Positions 1-13,805 of a stretch of DNA of 64,000 bases are shown here, piece after piece; the first letter of the stretch is position 1, and every line of letters starts with the position of its first letter. Source of the DNA: Octopus vulgaris (taxonomy: Eukaryota); assembly GCA_951406725.2 (NCBI GenBank), contig OX597832.1, positions 14,198,001-14,262,000 of the forward strand, read 5' to 3'. The notes below the pieces were generated by a model, which was not told the DNA's origin, made no database searches, and was given only the letters and a program-made list of their open reading frames with translations. The position numbers and the translations under genes are program-made.

Positions 1-73
1 CGTCGTATATATAACGTATGAGAGGAACCCGTCGTATATATAACGTATGAGAGGAACCCGTCGTATATATAAC
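1..73. repeat. 29-bp tandem repeat, about 2.5 copies (truncated by window start)
   Basis: CGTCGTATATATAACGTATGAGAGGAACC at 1 and 30, partial copy at 59. Confidence 0.9.
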
Positions 74-377
74 ACTGCAGCATTTGTTTCTACGCTGCTC
101 ACCAATATTAAGTAGCAATTTTTTCATATTCAAACAATGTTACTTAAATTTGCTCTAAATAAATATGCATTTTAATATCTTCTTAATTGGATTTCTAGTG
201 AGGATGCTTCCTCATGGAATACAGTATTAAAATGTTGGTAATTAGGTTTATTGACCTTAAAACCGTATGCATATTTATATAACGGGAAGCTTTATGAAAA
301 TAAACAAAAGACAAGGCAGTTGGAATACAAACAAACAATTGTATTAGTATGGCGCTCAGGAATATAGATAAAACAAG

Positions 378-415
378 TCTTTTACGTTTCGAGCCTACGC
401 TCTTCAACAGAAAGA
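378..415 (-). ncRNA. Minimal type I hammerhead-like motif (core CUGUUGA), probable Penelope-like pLTR remnant
   Basis: Minus strand: TCTTT-CTGTTGA-A-GAGC(GTAG)GCTC-GAA-ACGT-A-AAAGA. Stem I 5 bp, stem II 4 bp, palindromic stem III ACGT, GUA triplet. A6 is replaced by U. Confidence 0.6.
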
Positions 416-552
416 TACACAGAAAAGAAACACGGAGAGAAAAAAGGAGAGAAAAAAATGCGTGCAGAGGCTAGCGAATCAACATGGCGAAACACAATCA
501 AGGCACTCCGAAATTCTTCGTCTTCTTCCCCCCCTTCTCCTCCTCATCCTCA

Positions 553-618
553 TTCTTCTTCTTCTTCTTCTTCTTCTTCTTCTTCTTCTTCTTCTTCTTC
601 TTCTTCTTCTTCTTCTTC
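553..618. repeat. (CTT)n microsatellite
   Basis: Direct reading. Confidence 0.98.
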
Positions 619-880
619 CCTACCAAGAATTCCCAACGACTTCGACGCCACAAGAGTAAACAAGAGAGACAGAGAAAGGCGGCAACAAGGAACGTGCCAC
701 TTATATTTTAACACTATACAAATATTCTTTTTTAAAAACCTTCCTTTTAATTTTTCTAAATTTAATTATTTAATTGTTACAGTTGTAAAAGTCTCAGTAA
801 CTGAAACTGCTACTGAAATGTTCTTTATGAAATTATTTTAGCATTTTCTATCCTGACTTGTTTTTCATATATATCAACTC

Positions 881-958
<78 letters not shown>

Positions 959-967
959 ACATGTATG

Positions 968-998
<31 letters not shown>

Positions 999-999
999 T

Positions 1000-1041
<42 letters not shown>
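881..1041. repeat. Compound (TA)n/(TG)n microsatellite
   Basis: Direct reading. Confidence 0.98.
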
Positions 1042-1044
<3 letters not shown>

Positions 1045-1339
1045 TTTGACGTGCCAAAGGCACTTGTCAACCTAGAGTGATGATTCTCGAGCCGTATCGT
1101 TGCTACACAATGTAAAAGAAAACTGCATTCTTTGAGTTACTGTAACGTTCTGCACGGTTGTCTTTTCTACAGTTTCGATCTACACAATATTTTATATTTT
1201 GCAAGGTTTGCATGAGTCTAAGTCGATGGGAATAACACTTGTCTTCGATGCAAATCAATGGGTTCGAAATAGGTCTACCATTATGCCAATCAAACCACGT
1301 GATGTTTTAATCATGCTGAGGCAACAAACAAAACCCATA

Positions 1340-2568
1340 TTGGTTGGCAACTAAGTTCCCCCTGATTTTTTAATTTCATTTTGTTCAATTATTCAATAAC
1401 GTATTCACCCTTGTTTACAATTTCTCCCCAACGTTCAACAAGATTTTCAATACCTTGTTGGTAGAAATCACCCGATTTCGACTCGAAAAATTGATCCAAC
1501 CAGGCTCTGAATTCTGCATCAGTAGTGAACGAAACTACGCACATATTATTTGAAAGAGATCGAAAGAGGTGGAAATCCGTTGGTGCCAAATCAGGAGAGT
1601 ACGACGGGTGCGGAAGCACTTTCCCGCCATGCGTTTGAATTGCTTTCTTGGTCATATTGGCGATATGAGAGTAGGCGTTGTCGTGCATCAAAGGAACTCC
1701 ATGCTGCCGATCAGGCCTTTTATCTTAAATAGCCGTGTTGAATCGTTCCATCTGTTGAACACAGAGTTCCGTGTTGAACTTTTGGTTCCTTTGAAGCAAT
1801 TTGTTATGGATAATCTCTTCCTAGTCCCATCATGCGAACAACATCGTTTTACGTGGATGAAAATCTTGCATCACGCACGGTGTCGCTTGTGTACCTTGGC
1901 TAAGACATTCGTTACGCTGATTCATATTGATGTACAGGCACTATTTGTCATCGCCAGTAACGATTGTGCCCATGAGGTAGGCGGTGACGATCAAGCAAAC
2001 CAGCTGAGATCATGGTTCGCTGATGCTTTTTGTTGTAACTTAATGCATGCAGAACCCATGCTCCATACTTCTGAACCTTTCTCATCGAGTGAAGACGCTT
2101 CTCTATAGCATTGCGGGGCATTCCATTTTCTCTGCCAGTTCTCTTGCCGTTTGATGAAAACTTTCGTGAAAAAGGTGGTTTAATCGCTGCACGGCCGAAC
2201 GATGTGCGTTTTGAGGTCAAAATATCCCATTTTCAACTTGGCATACCAATGACGTGCGGTTCTTTCAGCTATGGCACCCTCTCCATACACAGTAAAAATG
2301 TTGCGAGCAGCCTTTGCGGCCTTAGACCCTTGATTAAAAGTAAAAACATGGAGGTAGCGAAAATGCTCGTTTTTATTAAGTTAACATTCCGTTTTAATGA
2401 TCTGTAAATATACACAAATTATCTAAGATTAACTTGAAAAAAAAAAGCAAAATAGATTGCAAATTGATTCAAAAATAGAATTCTCGAAAAACAAAAGGTT
2501 TAAAAATTCAAAAACGCAATAAATTCCAAAATGTAAATAAAACGGCGGGAACTTAGTTGCCAACTCAA
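1340..2568 (-). mobile_element. Near full-length mariner (DD34D) transposon, inactive
   Basis: TIRs TTGGTTGGCAACTAAGTTCCC (1340) and reverse complement GGGAACTTAGTTGCCAACTCAA (ending 2568). TA on the left, TG on the right. About 1.23 kb. Confidence 0.95.
1389..2392 (-). pseudogene. Mariner transposase, frameshifted
   Basis: ORF 1389-1691 has HDNA...HPSYSPDLAPTDFHLF with 34 residues between the Ds. ORF 1948-2220 has KYGAWVLHAL (WVPHEL-like). The start appears mutated to ACG near 2392. Confidence 0.92.
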
Positions 2569-5284
2569 TGCATAACACACGCAGACGCATTCACACGCAT
2601 ACGCACATACAGGCGGACACATACATACAAACTTGCATTAAAAGATGACCATTTTCCTGAAAGTCGTGAGAGAAAAAGCTCAGATCATGAGAATTTTCTG
2701 AAACTCCTCTTCCTCCCCCTCGAAACGTTTACCCACAAATCCCTAGATACTCTGAAGCCACAACATCTAAAAGGTATTTCAAGAAAAGTATCCATTTTTC
2801 TCGATGATATGGGGGAAAACTTCAGGGGCGTATACATCTGTATTGATGCCCTCTTCCCTCCGCTCTCTTTCAAACACACACACAGTGCAAAGCTTACATA
2901 TGGACAGCCTAATTGAAATATATATATTACTTTGAGGTAAAACTTGACAAACTGTTACTCCTCCCCCTGTCATTGGACTACCGTTTGGAAAAAAAAGGAT
3001 TATGAATGTAATAAAATAATGAAAGAAATATTTACTAAACAAGTGAGAACTTTTATGTAAAGAAATAATTACACGTAAAATATCATAACAAATTGGGAAT
3101 TAAATGTAAAAATATTATCAAGTGGCGAGCAGAAAACCGCCAGCAGAGCGTCTTCCTGTTAATACAGTCTTGAAGTAGCTCGATATATTTTAATTACAGA
3201 TTCAATGCATTCATATTATGTATCGGTATAAGATTATGCAATCAGCAGGTCAGCGGAGATTTTTTTTACGAATAGGAAACACTGCAAAGAAACATTTTGC
3301 TTCAAGAAACTTTTTCATCATTACATATACGCATTTAGAACAAAATATTTCTGTTATTATAATAGTATGATTGTAAAGTGTCTTACAATTTGCTTTCGTT
3401 ACACAAGTGGAGGACGGGATCAACATCGTTTCAATTGTTTGCAACTTTACAGCTCTCTTGTACTCCTGAAGATAGGAAATGTGACAATATCTTGTTAAAG
3501 TAAGTGTTATTCTTCTATGATATAAATTGCCTACTATCAACCACATTTGTATCACACCAACTTTAATTTTACCGATTCCTGTAGAAGGCAATATACAATG
3601 CTAAAATTATAAAAATGAAAAAAATATGTTAGCTAAATCGCATCAAAGTCTTTGCTGATATTTTCTTTCGGAGAAGAATTGTGCTGTATATGTAGAGCGT
3701 ATATCTGTTTAGATATACGTGTATTCACATGTGTGTGGATTACTGAGTGTAATAATAACGAAATACAAAATGAAAATATAATTAAAATATTTAAATCACT
3801 GGAACCAAAATATGTCATTGGTAAAATGCAGAAGTGAACTAGTGGAGTTAAATACATACGAGCATGTATAAATATCGGAGAAATAAATGAGCATGTGTAA
3901 GAGGGTTAGTATAGCAAAGGACGATAAATGAATTAAGAAACAGTAATAGGGGATGTTATGTGCGTTGATTTATTATTTCTTCAGATATTGTATTGTTTTA
4001 AAACTTGTTTCAAAACTATCTGTCATCATTTATTAATTACATTATTTTTCTTATCGATTTTTGTTTGCCAACGGATATTCTAAACGTTATTATGATTCTC
4101 TTTTGATTAATTGTACAAAGCATTCTACCAACCACCATCTTTGACTGGCATGTCAGCATGGAATGAATTATGAATATGGTTTAGTATCTATACAATAGGA
4201 TATTAAAAAAAGGGAAAAAAAAAATTCTGGGTTAAACAGAGTCAATTATTTTATGTATATTTATATCAATTTTGTGGTTTGTGTAATGTGGTCGATGGAG
4301 CGATTGTGTGCCTGTGTGTTCGTGGCGGCTGAATATAAATGTGTCTGCTTCTGGTTGTCTTTTGATAATTTGTATTTAATTTATCATTGTATCCATCTAA
4401 TTAATAGCGTCGGCTCGAAGTCCCGTTTTGTTATGCTCGACTAGTATAAAATTATTCACCGCAAAGCGGTAATATAAAAATTAGGAAGGCAAATATCAAG
4501 AAATAATTGTACTAAGCACACCACTGCTGTTAATCTATGAAAGTTAACTTGTTTTAGTTTTATTTTTCATATCATTTTATTTTCATTTCTTCTTCAAAAA
4601 ATTTCCACTATGATTCTCTGCTTTTCCTCTCGTCGGCTAATATTGCTTAGCAACAATTTGAGTATTTGACGAGATAATATCATTTGCTATCTGACTTGGC
4701 TAAACAAACCGTTTTCGATTCAGAGTTATTTCGAAGCCTCTATCGATCTGTTAATAATTTCAAATGGTCTTCTCCTGCTGCCAGTTCTCAAAGATTCAAT
4801 GAAGGAGAATAATTCATAGTACTACAATTGATGTTAGGCTTCTGGATTTAAAGATCGAGTTATATGGCGTTGGTAGAGGAGTATATTGTATTTGTGGATG
4901 CTGGCGTAAACTTTCATGCCTGTCTTTGTCAAAACCATCCTAAATGAATGGCAATAAAGACTAGCAATATTTAATGCATATTATTTCGCACATAATATAA
5001 GGCAAGTTATACTCAACGCAGTTGGGAAAAAAATTCATTCACCAATTTAAAGTAAAACCAAATGGGCCATGAACATATTCATATTCGCAACAATCAACAG
5101 CACTATCAATATACGGATATTCAAATTAACACATATTAGTAGCACTGTTCGTTTCTGCATTTAATTACTTTCTATAGAAACCCTTTGCAATTGCACATAA
5201 TGTAAAAGAAATGATGAAAGTGATGAGAAGTCAGACATAAAACCGCACACAAACCTATAAAGCACATTCTCACACACGCACACT

Positions 5285-5319
<35 letters not shown>

Positions 5320-7642
5320 GCACACACTCATATAACATAATTGCATGAATTTGTGTTTAAATATATGTCTTTATACAAGCAGATATCTTAGCAGGTTTTG
5401 CGTCGCTTTACTATGCAAAGTATACCGCATGCTTTCAAATGAGCAAAGTAGAAGCGAAACATTTATTTTTGTATGGATTATTTTCTGTCAATAATTACTG
5501 GTCAGTTACAGTCTGTTTGTAAATGAGCTGGCACTGTTAGATTGTGAAGAAACTGTTATATTGAAAGATCATTCTCTGTTGTGGTGATAGTGGACAGGAG
5601 ACGGGCCAAATATTCAGACAACGAGAAACTTTAATATGCTTGTGGACTATAAATACCCATTGTGTTCTGACCTTATAATTTCTGTGTGCGTCATTCAAAC
5701 TTATTAAGACACATTTGGCTTCATGATTTCTTAGTTCCAAGACGCATTACATGCTATAGTGGATTCTGTTCTGATTTCCATTTAAATAAGAGAACAGTAG
5801 GTTTACAATATATTCACTTTTATGAAATGTTTCTTGAAATTATTTGCGTATATTATGAGGTGGATATATAGCAGGCTCCAAGAGGAACGATATTAATATT
5901 ACATATCTTCAGAAGTCACTAATGTTATAGAATAGATATTACCTGGAGGGCAATCTGGGAGTGTTTTTTTACATTACTCCGAGTAATCAGCGTGGCATTG
6001 ATGCAAGATAAGATATGTAATCTAAAATGTTGGTGGAATTTAAGCTAATTGTGAGACAAAAATTGTTTCAACTCTAACTGTTGGTGAGTCGTAGTAAAGT
6101 GTGTTGAGATTAATAAAATTATACCTGTCCTTGTTCTAGTGAAATACATAATACTTAATATATAATACTTAATGATACTTTTTTAGCGGTATGTCTGTTT
6201 TTGTAATATGCAACTGGCATTGGAATATGTGGTATATGGCGGATATATTTAGTTCTCTACTCTTTAGTCGTTAGCATTATATCAGATCGGATCATGGAAG
6301 ATGTGCAGACAGAGAAACATAGCTTACATTGTGTGAATGTGGCATACTTATTTGTGATATTCACGTGTAAAGAGAGAAAACTCTTAGAATTTTCTTCCTG
6401 TATTTTTGGAACATCTTGCTGCACGCAAACATTGCATATATAGATTTAGGCAAATTCGCACACACGAAGCATCATCGAATTTCCTGCTGCACGCGCAACA
6501 AACATAAACTTGAAACAAAGCATATTCAACGCATACAGCTTCCATGCAGTCTTTGCTGTTAATACGTTGCCTCGTTTTTCTTCCCTAATACCAAAAATGA
6601 ACGTGCTCACTGCTTCATTTTCAGCAAGATTCAACCGTTAACAAAACACAACGATGAATCATCTCTCAATTCAACTTTACTAATTTTCCCCATTTTATTC
6701 ATTTCTTACATGCAGGAGATTTGGATTTTTTACAAAACGTTGTTTCCTCATTTGAACAGCGTGTGATTATTTTAGGTATGATTTTCTGTTGCTTCTATGT
6801 TCGTCATGCTATATTTTCTTTAATAAACAAATAGATTTCAAATTACTAATCTAGACATCAAATTTGGTCTCTTGAATTATATACATTCGGATTAAATATA
6901 CCTATACTTATACATACATTAATACACACACGCACAAACTCGCACATTCACATACACAGATGCATGCTCATTGTTGGCAAGCATACGATACCTTCCAATA
7001 CCATAGTGAAAATAACTTTAATAATAAAAGCACACATGTCACGTAAAAAATTAAATCAATGGGTAATGTTTTTTCATTCAACAGTAGACTTGGCTTTGAA
7101 GTAAAGGGATATTCTTTACCAATGAATTTGTGTGTGTTCTTGTGGATATGATAATTTACCAAGGTAGCATATACTGCATACACAGACTGTATTACTTACA
7201 CAACGAAAGAGCAGCTACATTAAAGTATTTTGCGCGAGAAATTTTCAGATACCAAAACAAATTAAGATGTAAAACGAAATTTGCGACGTATGTGCTTTTC
7301 AAAAACAAAATGAAAAAGAAACATTTTTAAAAAATCGGGAGCAAATTAGTCAGTAATTCACCTTTAAAATAATATTTTAATATTGTAACTATCTCAAGAG
7401 TTTAAAAAAAATGTCTGGATAACGTACGTAATGCAGGAAAAACCTTAAAAAGTTGAAACAAATATGGCATATTCTCTTAATTCATAAAGCCCTAAAAGAT
7501 AAGCATTTTTACTCAAACAGACAAAAATACGTATAGGCACTCAGAGATACACATGAAGGGACACGAACTACAACATGTACAAAGGAAACCGTGCATAGAA
7601 ATATATGCTTATATGGATATATATCAGCGTGTCTCTGGATCC

Positions 7643-7645
<3 letters not shown>

Positions 7646-7732
<87 letters not shown>

Positions 7733-7879
7733 CACACGCAATTAACGTATGTATATGAATCAATACAGGGCATTTAGGTCATTTACTTTCAATGTCAAAT
7801 CAGTTTTCACTAAATGATAATACTCATTTTATTTTTTCTGCTGTTTTAGCTTGTTGTGTCAATGCATATAGATGAATGG

Positions 7880-7962
<83 letters not shown>

Positions 7963-7989
7963 TGTATATATATATATATATATATATAT
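7646..7989. repeat. (TA)n and (TA)n(TG)n(TA)n microsatellites
   Basis: Direct reading, two tracts. Confidence 0.95.
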
Positions 7990-9514
7990 GCAGATATTTA
8001 CTTACATTTACTTGTGTGTGAGTTTCTATGTATATAAATCACTGCGTATTTTTACAGATGTGGAGAAGGTGCATTACGCGATATTAATTAACATATTTGT
8101 AAATTTAAAATTTAGTTCTAACTTCTTACATCATTATTTTTACTTTTATATTACGCTTATAAAAGTTACTGACATCCCTTTTCCTGTTTTTGATTTGTCT
8201 TTGATTTGCATTTCTTTTGCTTTTTTAACTATCGTTTTATTTTTATTTTCGTTCCTGTATTCTCATAAAAATCGCGTTTATAATTTTTTTTTATTAGATG
8301 AATACTGGTATCCTTATTCCTCTTTCATAAATTATTTTATTAGTGTTGTTGTTGTGTTGAATTCTGTTGTGGTTGTAGTTATTATTAGCGTTTTTATTGC
8401 TACGAGTAATATCAAATAAACCGACGCATTTTGAAAATAGATAAATTTCCACCCTAAATTAAAAAGTATAATTCAATAGAAAATAACTTGGAGGTAAAAT
8501 CTAGCTAATGTACACAATACACTTACACACATACATACATACATACATACATGCATACATACATAAATACATACATACCTATATGTGTGTGTGTATGTGT
8601 GTGTGTTTCTATATATGAATGTGTTGTTAAGTGAACACGCAAGTGCATATAAGCACTTGGAAAATAATTAGATGTATGAAAGTATTTTCAAAATATATTT
8701 TCTTACTGAAATTAATGAAGAAAAAATATGAAAAACATTAATCTTCCAGGATTAGTAAAAAGAAATATTAGAAGAAGTATTACACATTTACAATTAGTAG
8801 ATACACACAACGTAATGCGCTCATATGTATTCATAAGCAGATCCACCACACAATTATACTGTAAATGAGAAAATTATGTGTGCACTTACATTAATAATGA
8901 ATGATAGAGCAGTTTCACTGAAATATAAAATATACGCACTTGCACTATCGAGAATACACTCATACATAGACACAGAATTAAATGGCAAACAACGTGAAAA
9001 AATAGAAACAAAAATAATCAATAAAGGACTAAATAAATTTAATGTGGAATAAACAAAATTAAAATAAAATTATATTAAGATAAAATTATGGTGAAGCTGA
9101 ACTTTCGCTGTAGTTTTAAAAATACAAGTATTACGAATCATGTTGATGCCACTTGTTTTCTGTTACTTTCCATTCCCGCGAAAGATGTGGTTGATCTTTT
9201 TAATTGTTTTCTTTTATAGTTGTGTTGTTTTTTTTATTTTATTGTTTGCACAGATTGTAAATAGAGTTTTCATGGAAAATATAATTCTTTGATTTTTCTC
9301 TCCAGTTAATTTAACTTCTCCATACAAGTAAAAAAAAGCAAGAACAATATTATAAAAAACATAAAAAAATATACAAACAAATGTGGGATATAGAAGATAT
9401 TTTCAGTGAAGACTAAAATTATACGCAGCTAAAAACAAAATAAAAAGAAATATTTCTCTTGTGTTTCATTCAAAAAGGTTAATTAGATAAAAAGACAAAA
9501 ATGTGCAAAATACA

Positions 9515-9539
9515 AATAATAATAATAATAATAATGCTG

Positions 9540-9621
<82 letters not shown>

Positions 9622-9648
9622 TAATAATAATAATAATAATAACATAAT
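9515..9648. repeat. (AAT)n microsatellite
   Basis: Direct reading. Confidence 0.98.
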
Positions 9649-10324
9649 TCTGAGAGCAATTCAGGATAAAAAAGGATAAAAAATAATTAACAAGCTAATA
9701 TTGAAACAGTAAAGAATATAGAAAAATATGTCAAAAATGAACAACAATTTCCATTGAACTTTGGATAAAACTAGCATAAAAATAATAAAAAAATACGCTT
9801 AAAAAATTTAAGTCTAAAACAAAAAAAGCCATGAAAATTTTAAATGAAATAATTGATTTTATGTTTCATATGATTTTGAATTAAAATATGGCTACATTGT
9901 TAACCAAATATGCAACTGTTTCTATTCTACATTTATAAAACTTCCTGCAAAAATTGCTATAGATGCATTTTTATTGTGCGTATATGTGCAAACATTTCCA
10001 TATAACCTTTCTCCTTTTCCTTATTTCAACCAACATCGACAAAAATGTATATATGTTTACAATCCATGGCACATACAAAAGAAATACATATTCACAAACT
10101 CAAAGTAATTGGTTAGAATTCGGGAGGGAGGGAAAGTCTCTTATATACCTTTGCTTGTAAGCGATGAAAGTGTTCAGCGTTAAAAAAAGTTGTGAGACAC
10201 TTGAATTCATCTGGAAATATTCGATCGAATACCTACCTCACTAATGCGAGTGTGCAAAACCCGGGCTTTATACTAACTTTTATATATATAAGGCCAAGAA
10301 TTAAATAGAGAAGCGATTCAATTC

Positions 10325-11605
10325 ACAGCATGTTTGAACTAGCATATTTAATTATGTTACATTGATGATTAAACGTGAAATAAAATTTATCTACAGGCTT
10401 ACCTCTTGTGGCTTCTGTCTGCTGTACCTTTATTGCTGCTTCATTTAAAAGAGTACGATAATTACAATTATAGGAATAAAGAAATAAATAATGAGACTCT
10501 ACTCTTACAGCTGTTTCAAACTTAGAGGTCCAGTATACCAAATTTGACACATCATACAAATATCATGTAGCGTGACAATTGACAGGACAATTTACATACC
10601 AGAAATGACAATTTTAACCTAAACCACGAGAAAATGGGATTAACTAATTCGTGTCTATACATCCATCTATATATATATCTATATATCCAACTAGCAATGT
10701 ATGATGTCAGTGCGTGCTTGTGCTAGTGTATATATGTGTAGAAGAGTGTTTGTGCTTTGTCAGATCTATGGCAACAGCTTACAGAACAGTGCCGATTTCT
10801 TTACTTCCCGAGAACTTAGAGGAACAGCATTTTATCAACAGGCTTAGTGCCGAGTTCATAAACTAATATATGTTATCGAATTTGCAGTTCAATATTTCAA
10901 TATGGCACCTCATAAAGTGGTTACAATGTGAGTTTCAATGTGAAGGTTACAATGTGAAGGCGGCGAGCTGGCAGAAACGTTAGCACGTCGGGCGAAAAAA
11001 TGCGTTGCCGTATTTCGTCTGCCGTTACGTTCCGAGTTCAAATTCTGCCGAGGTCGACTTTGCCTGTCATCCTTCCGGGGTCGATAAATTAAGTACCAGT
11101 TACGCACTGGGGTCGATGTAATCGACTTAATCCCTTTGTCTGTCCTTGTTTGTCTCCTCTGCGTTTAGCCCCTTGTGGGTAGTAAAGAAATATACAATGT
11201 GAGTTTCAATCATTCGAAGAGGTAGGATGAAAAAAAAAAAGAAACCATATATATTTATTCAGCAGGAATGTGTGTAGTGGGCAGACTGAATTAAGTCGCG
11301 AGACGTGTATTAGGCAGCTGCACTGTTCTACGCATCTTTGGCAATTATCTTGTTTGTGGATTTGTGAGTCTTGCCTTAAAACACTTCAGGAAGCAAATAC
11401 ACGAAGGTCGAACAAAAAATGTACACACACACGTTCGCAATGAAAAAGGTCCAAATTTAATGACTACGTATTGTACTCTTTTAAATGAAACAGCAATAGA
11501 TGTACAGATAGACAGAGGCCACAAGAGGTAGGCCAGTAGATAGATTAAATTTCACGTTTAAGCATCAATGTAACATAATTAAATATGCTAGTACAAAGAT
11601 GCTGT
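10325..11605. repeat. Inverted repeat, ~136-bp arms (10325-10460 / 11469-11605), ~1 kb spacer
   Basis: CTAGCATATTTAATTATGTTACATTGATG...CCTCTTGTGGC...TCATTTAAAAGAGTAC matches the reverse complement of 11469-11605, roughly 85-90% identity by eye. Confidence 0.9.
10957..11192 (+). mobile_element. tRNA-derived SINE with Nin/Deu-type central domain
   Basis: GGCGAGCTGGCAGAAACGTTAGC head, GAGTTCAAAT B-box-like motif, GCCGAGGTCGACTTTGCC..CATCC..GGGGTCGATAAATTAAGTACCAG core. 18-bp TSD TACAATGTGAGTTTCAAT at 10922-10939 and 11193-11210. Confidence 0.9.
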
Positions 11606-12732
11606 TAAATAACTAAGACTAGCAGTAAAATTATTTTCAGATTAAAACCAGTGAATTATCTAAAATTAGATTTGCACGTTAGGATGATTCAGTAGATATT
11701 AAACCTAAGCGTTTTTTTACTGAAATCAATTGTTTGCTTCAAATCATACTGTTATTAAGGAATACTGATATTAAAATGATTACGAATGCCAAACATAGAT
11801 TAAGAAACACTGGGAGGATTTGTTTGATTTTCCAGTAGGAGAATATGATGGTTTTCCACTGATGGAAATGACAGTTCATTCAATTCTAGATTTATTGAGA
11901 AACAAATGTTTTGGAAGGGATTTTGATTTATATTACAATTGTGAACAAATATTATATAGAAATAATAACAATGAAAATATGGATAGATTAAAAAGGAAAC
12001 TAAAATAATATAAGTTTAAATTATGGGAAGTAATTATGACTTAGATTTATCGTAAATTTTATTTTGTCACTGTTAATTTTCTTGAAAGAAAGGAAACAAT
12101 ATCAATTGTTTAGTCAATGTTGCGTACGCGGGAATGCAAATAACTCGCTCAATATATTTAGGACGCTAATCGGTAATGTTAAAATCATTGACACCTTCGA
12201 TGTTTTCCGGTGATGATGCATTTCTTTCAGCATCACGTTTTTACAATGACAAGCTTAAAAGCAGTAGATTTGTCGGTAAGATACGTAAAATTAATAGCAG
12301 AAAAGTGCTTAACAACAATGAGTTTGGGAAATGAGTATTATATGTAAAACAAGTTATGTGTGTATAGATTAGTTGTGAGTATTCGTAAGTATTGATATCA
12401 TTAAAGAATTCAATATTTTCTGAGATTGCAATATTTTGTAAGAATAGTATAAGGATATAAAATAGAAATGTACTAAGATTAGTCTTTCAGAATTCATAAA
12501 TTTATTTGCCATATTTAGAGTTTAAAGTTTTGCCAAGGTAAACGAAGAGACTATAGAATTATTGTATATTTCCATAAGTTATGTCGTGGGCTACTTGTAC
12601 TGAATTACAAAACATTGTATGAGACATCGAAGATAGATTATTGACTATCTAGAGGAACAGCTGTAATGTCAAATTGACTTCCCTTCTCGTCACATAAAGC
12701 ATTTGTCTATACATATTTTTGTTTCATATATG

Positions 12733-12769
12733 CATACACACAGACACACACACACACACACACACACAT

Positions 12770-12844
<75 letters not shown>

Positions 12845-13158
12845 GTTGGAGTGATTGATCATTTCATTGATTGTGCACACTGGCGACGAATGAAATTAAA
12901 AATTGAGAAGAAGAAGAAGAAGAAGAAAAAGAAGAAGAAGAAGAAGAAGAAGAAGAGGAAGAGGAAGAAGAAGGAGGAGACGAAGAAGAAGGAGAAGAGG
13001 AAGAAGAAGAAAAAGAAGAAGAAGAAGAAGAAGAAGAAGAAGGGGAAGGAGAAGAAGAAGAAGAAGAAGAAGGGGAAGAAGAAGGAGGAGAAGGAGAAGA
13101 AGGAGAAGAGGAAGAAGAAGAAGAAGAAGAAGAAGAAGAAGAAGAAGAAGAAGAAAAA
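12733..13158. repeat. (CA)n/(TA)n followed by a long (GAA)n tract (12905-13158)
   Basis: Direct reading. Confidence 0.97.
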
Positions 13159-13738
13159 GTAGGTGGATGAGGGGACGTAGGTGGCAATCAACAGCAACAA
13201 CAACCTTACTAGCATTAATATAAAGACCAGCAAGAAAAGCAAGAATGAAAGGAAAGAAAGAATATTTATATTATATATTCGGGTTTTATTTTCTGCTCTG
13301 ATATTAAAAGGGAAACGTGTTTTATTCATTGATTTTCGATAAAAGGGAAATGCTGGACAGCGTACCCAAAGAATAATAGAATGAGGGAGAGCTGATTTGA
13401 AACAAAAGAATGTAACACTGAAACAAAGAATTAAAGGAAGAACGAAAGAGAATGAACCAAGTATCATTTGTTGAATTAGACGTTCTACTAACCAATCTAA
13501 TGCTGAACTTATCATGAATGGATTGGCAAGCTAAGTCTATCGCTTTGATAATGTTTGTTGATTCTCAAACATAAAATTTGGATGAAATGTGGAGTCTATT
13601 TCTGTTACGTCCCAATCAATATTGTGATAGGAATTTAAGAATGATGGATAAGTTAAGGGGGAAAAATATGAGAGTTATTTTTCGGGAGATATCAATCTTA
13701 ACATATGCATTAATAGCAACAACAACGACGACAACAAT

Positions 13739-13780
<42 letters not shown>

Positions 13781-13805
13781 AATAATGATGATAATAATAA
13801 TAATA

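Noticed and set aside
1-73. CRISPR-like array (29-bp repeats)
   Set aside because: No spacers and a eukaryotic context
1569-2407. Plus-strand ORFs of 179 and 98 aa
   Set aside because: Antisense to the mariner transposase
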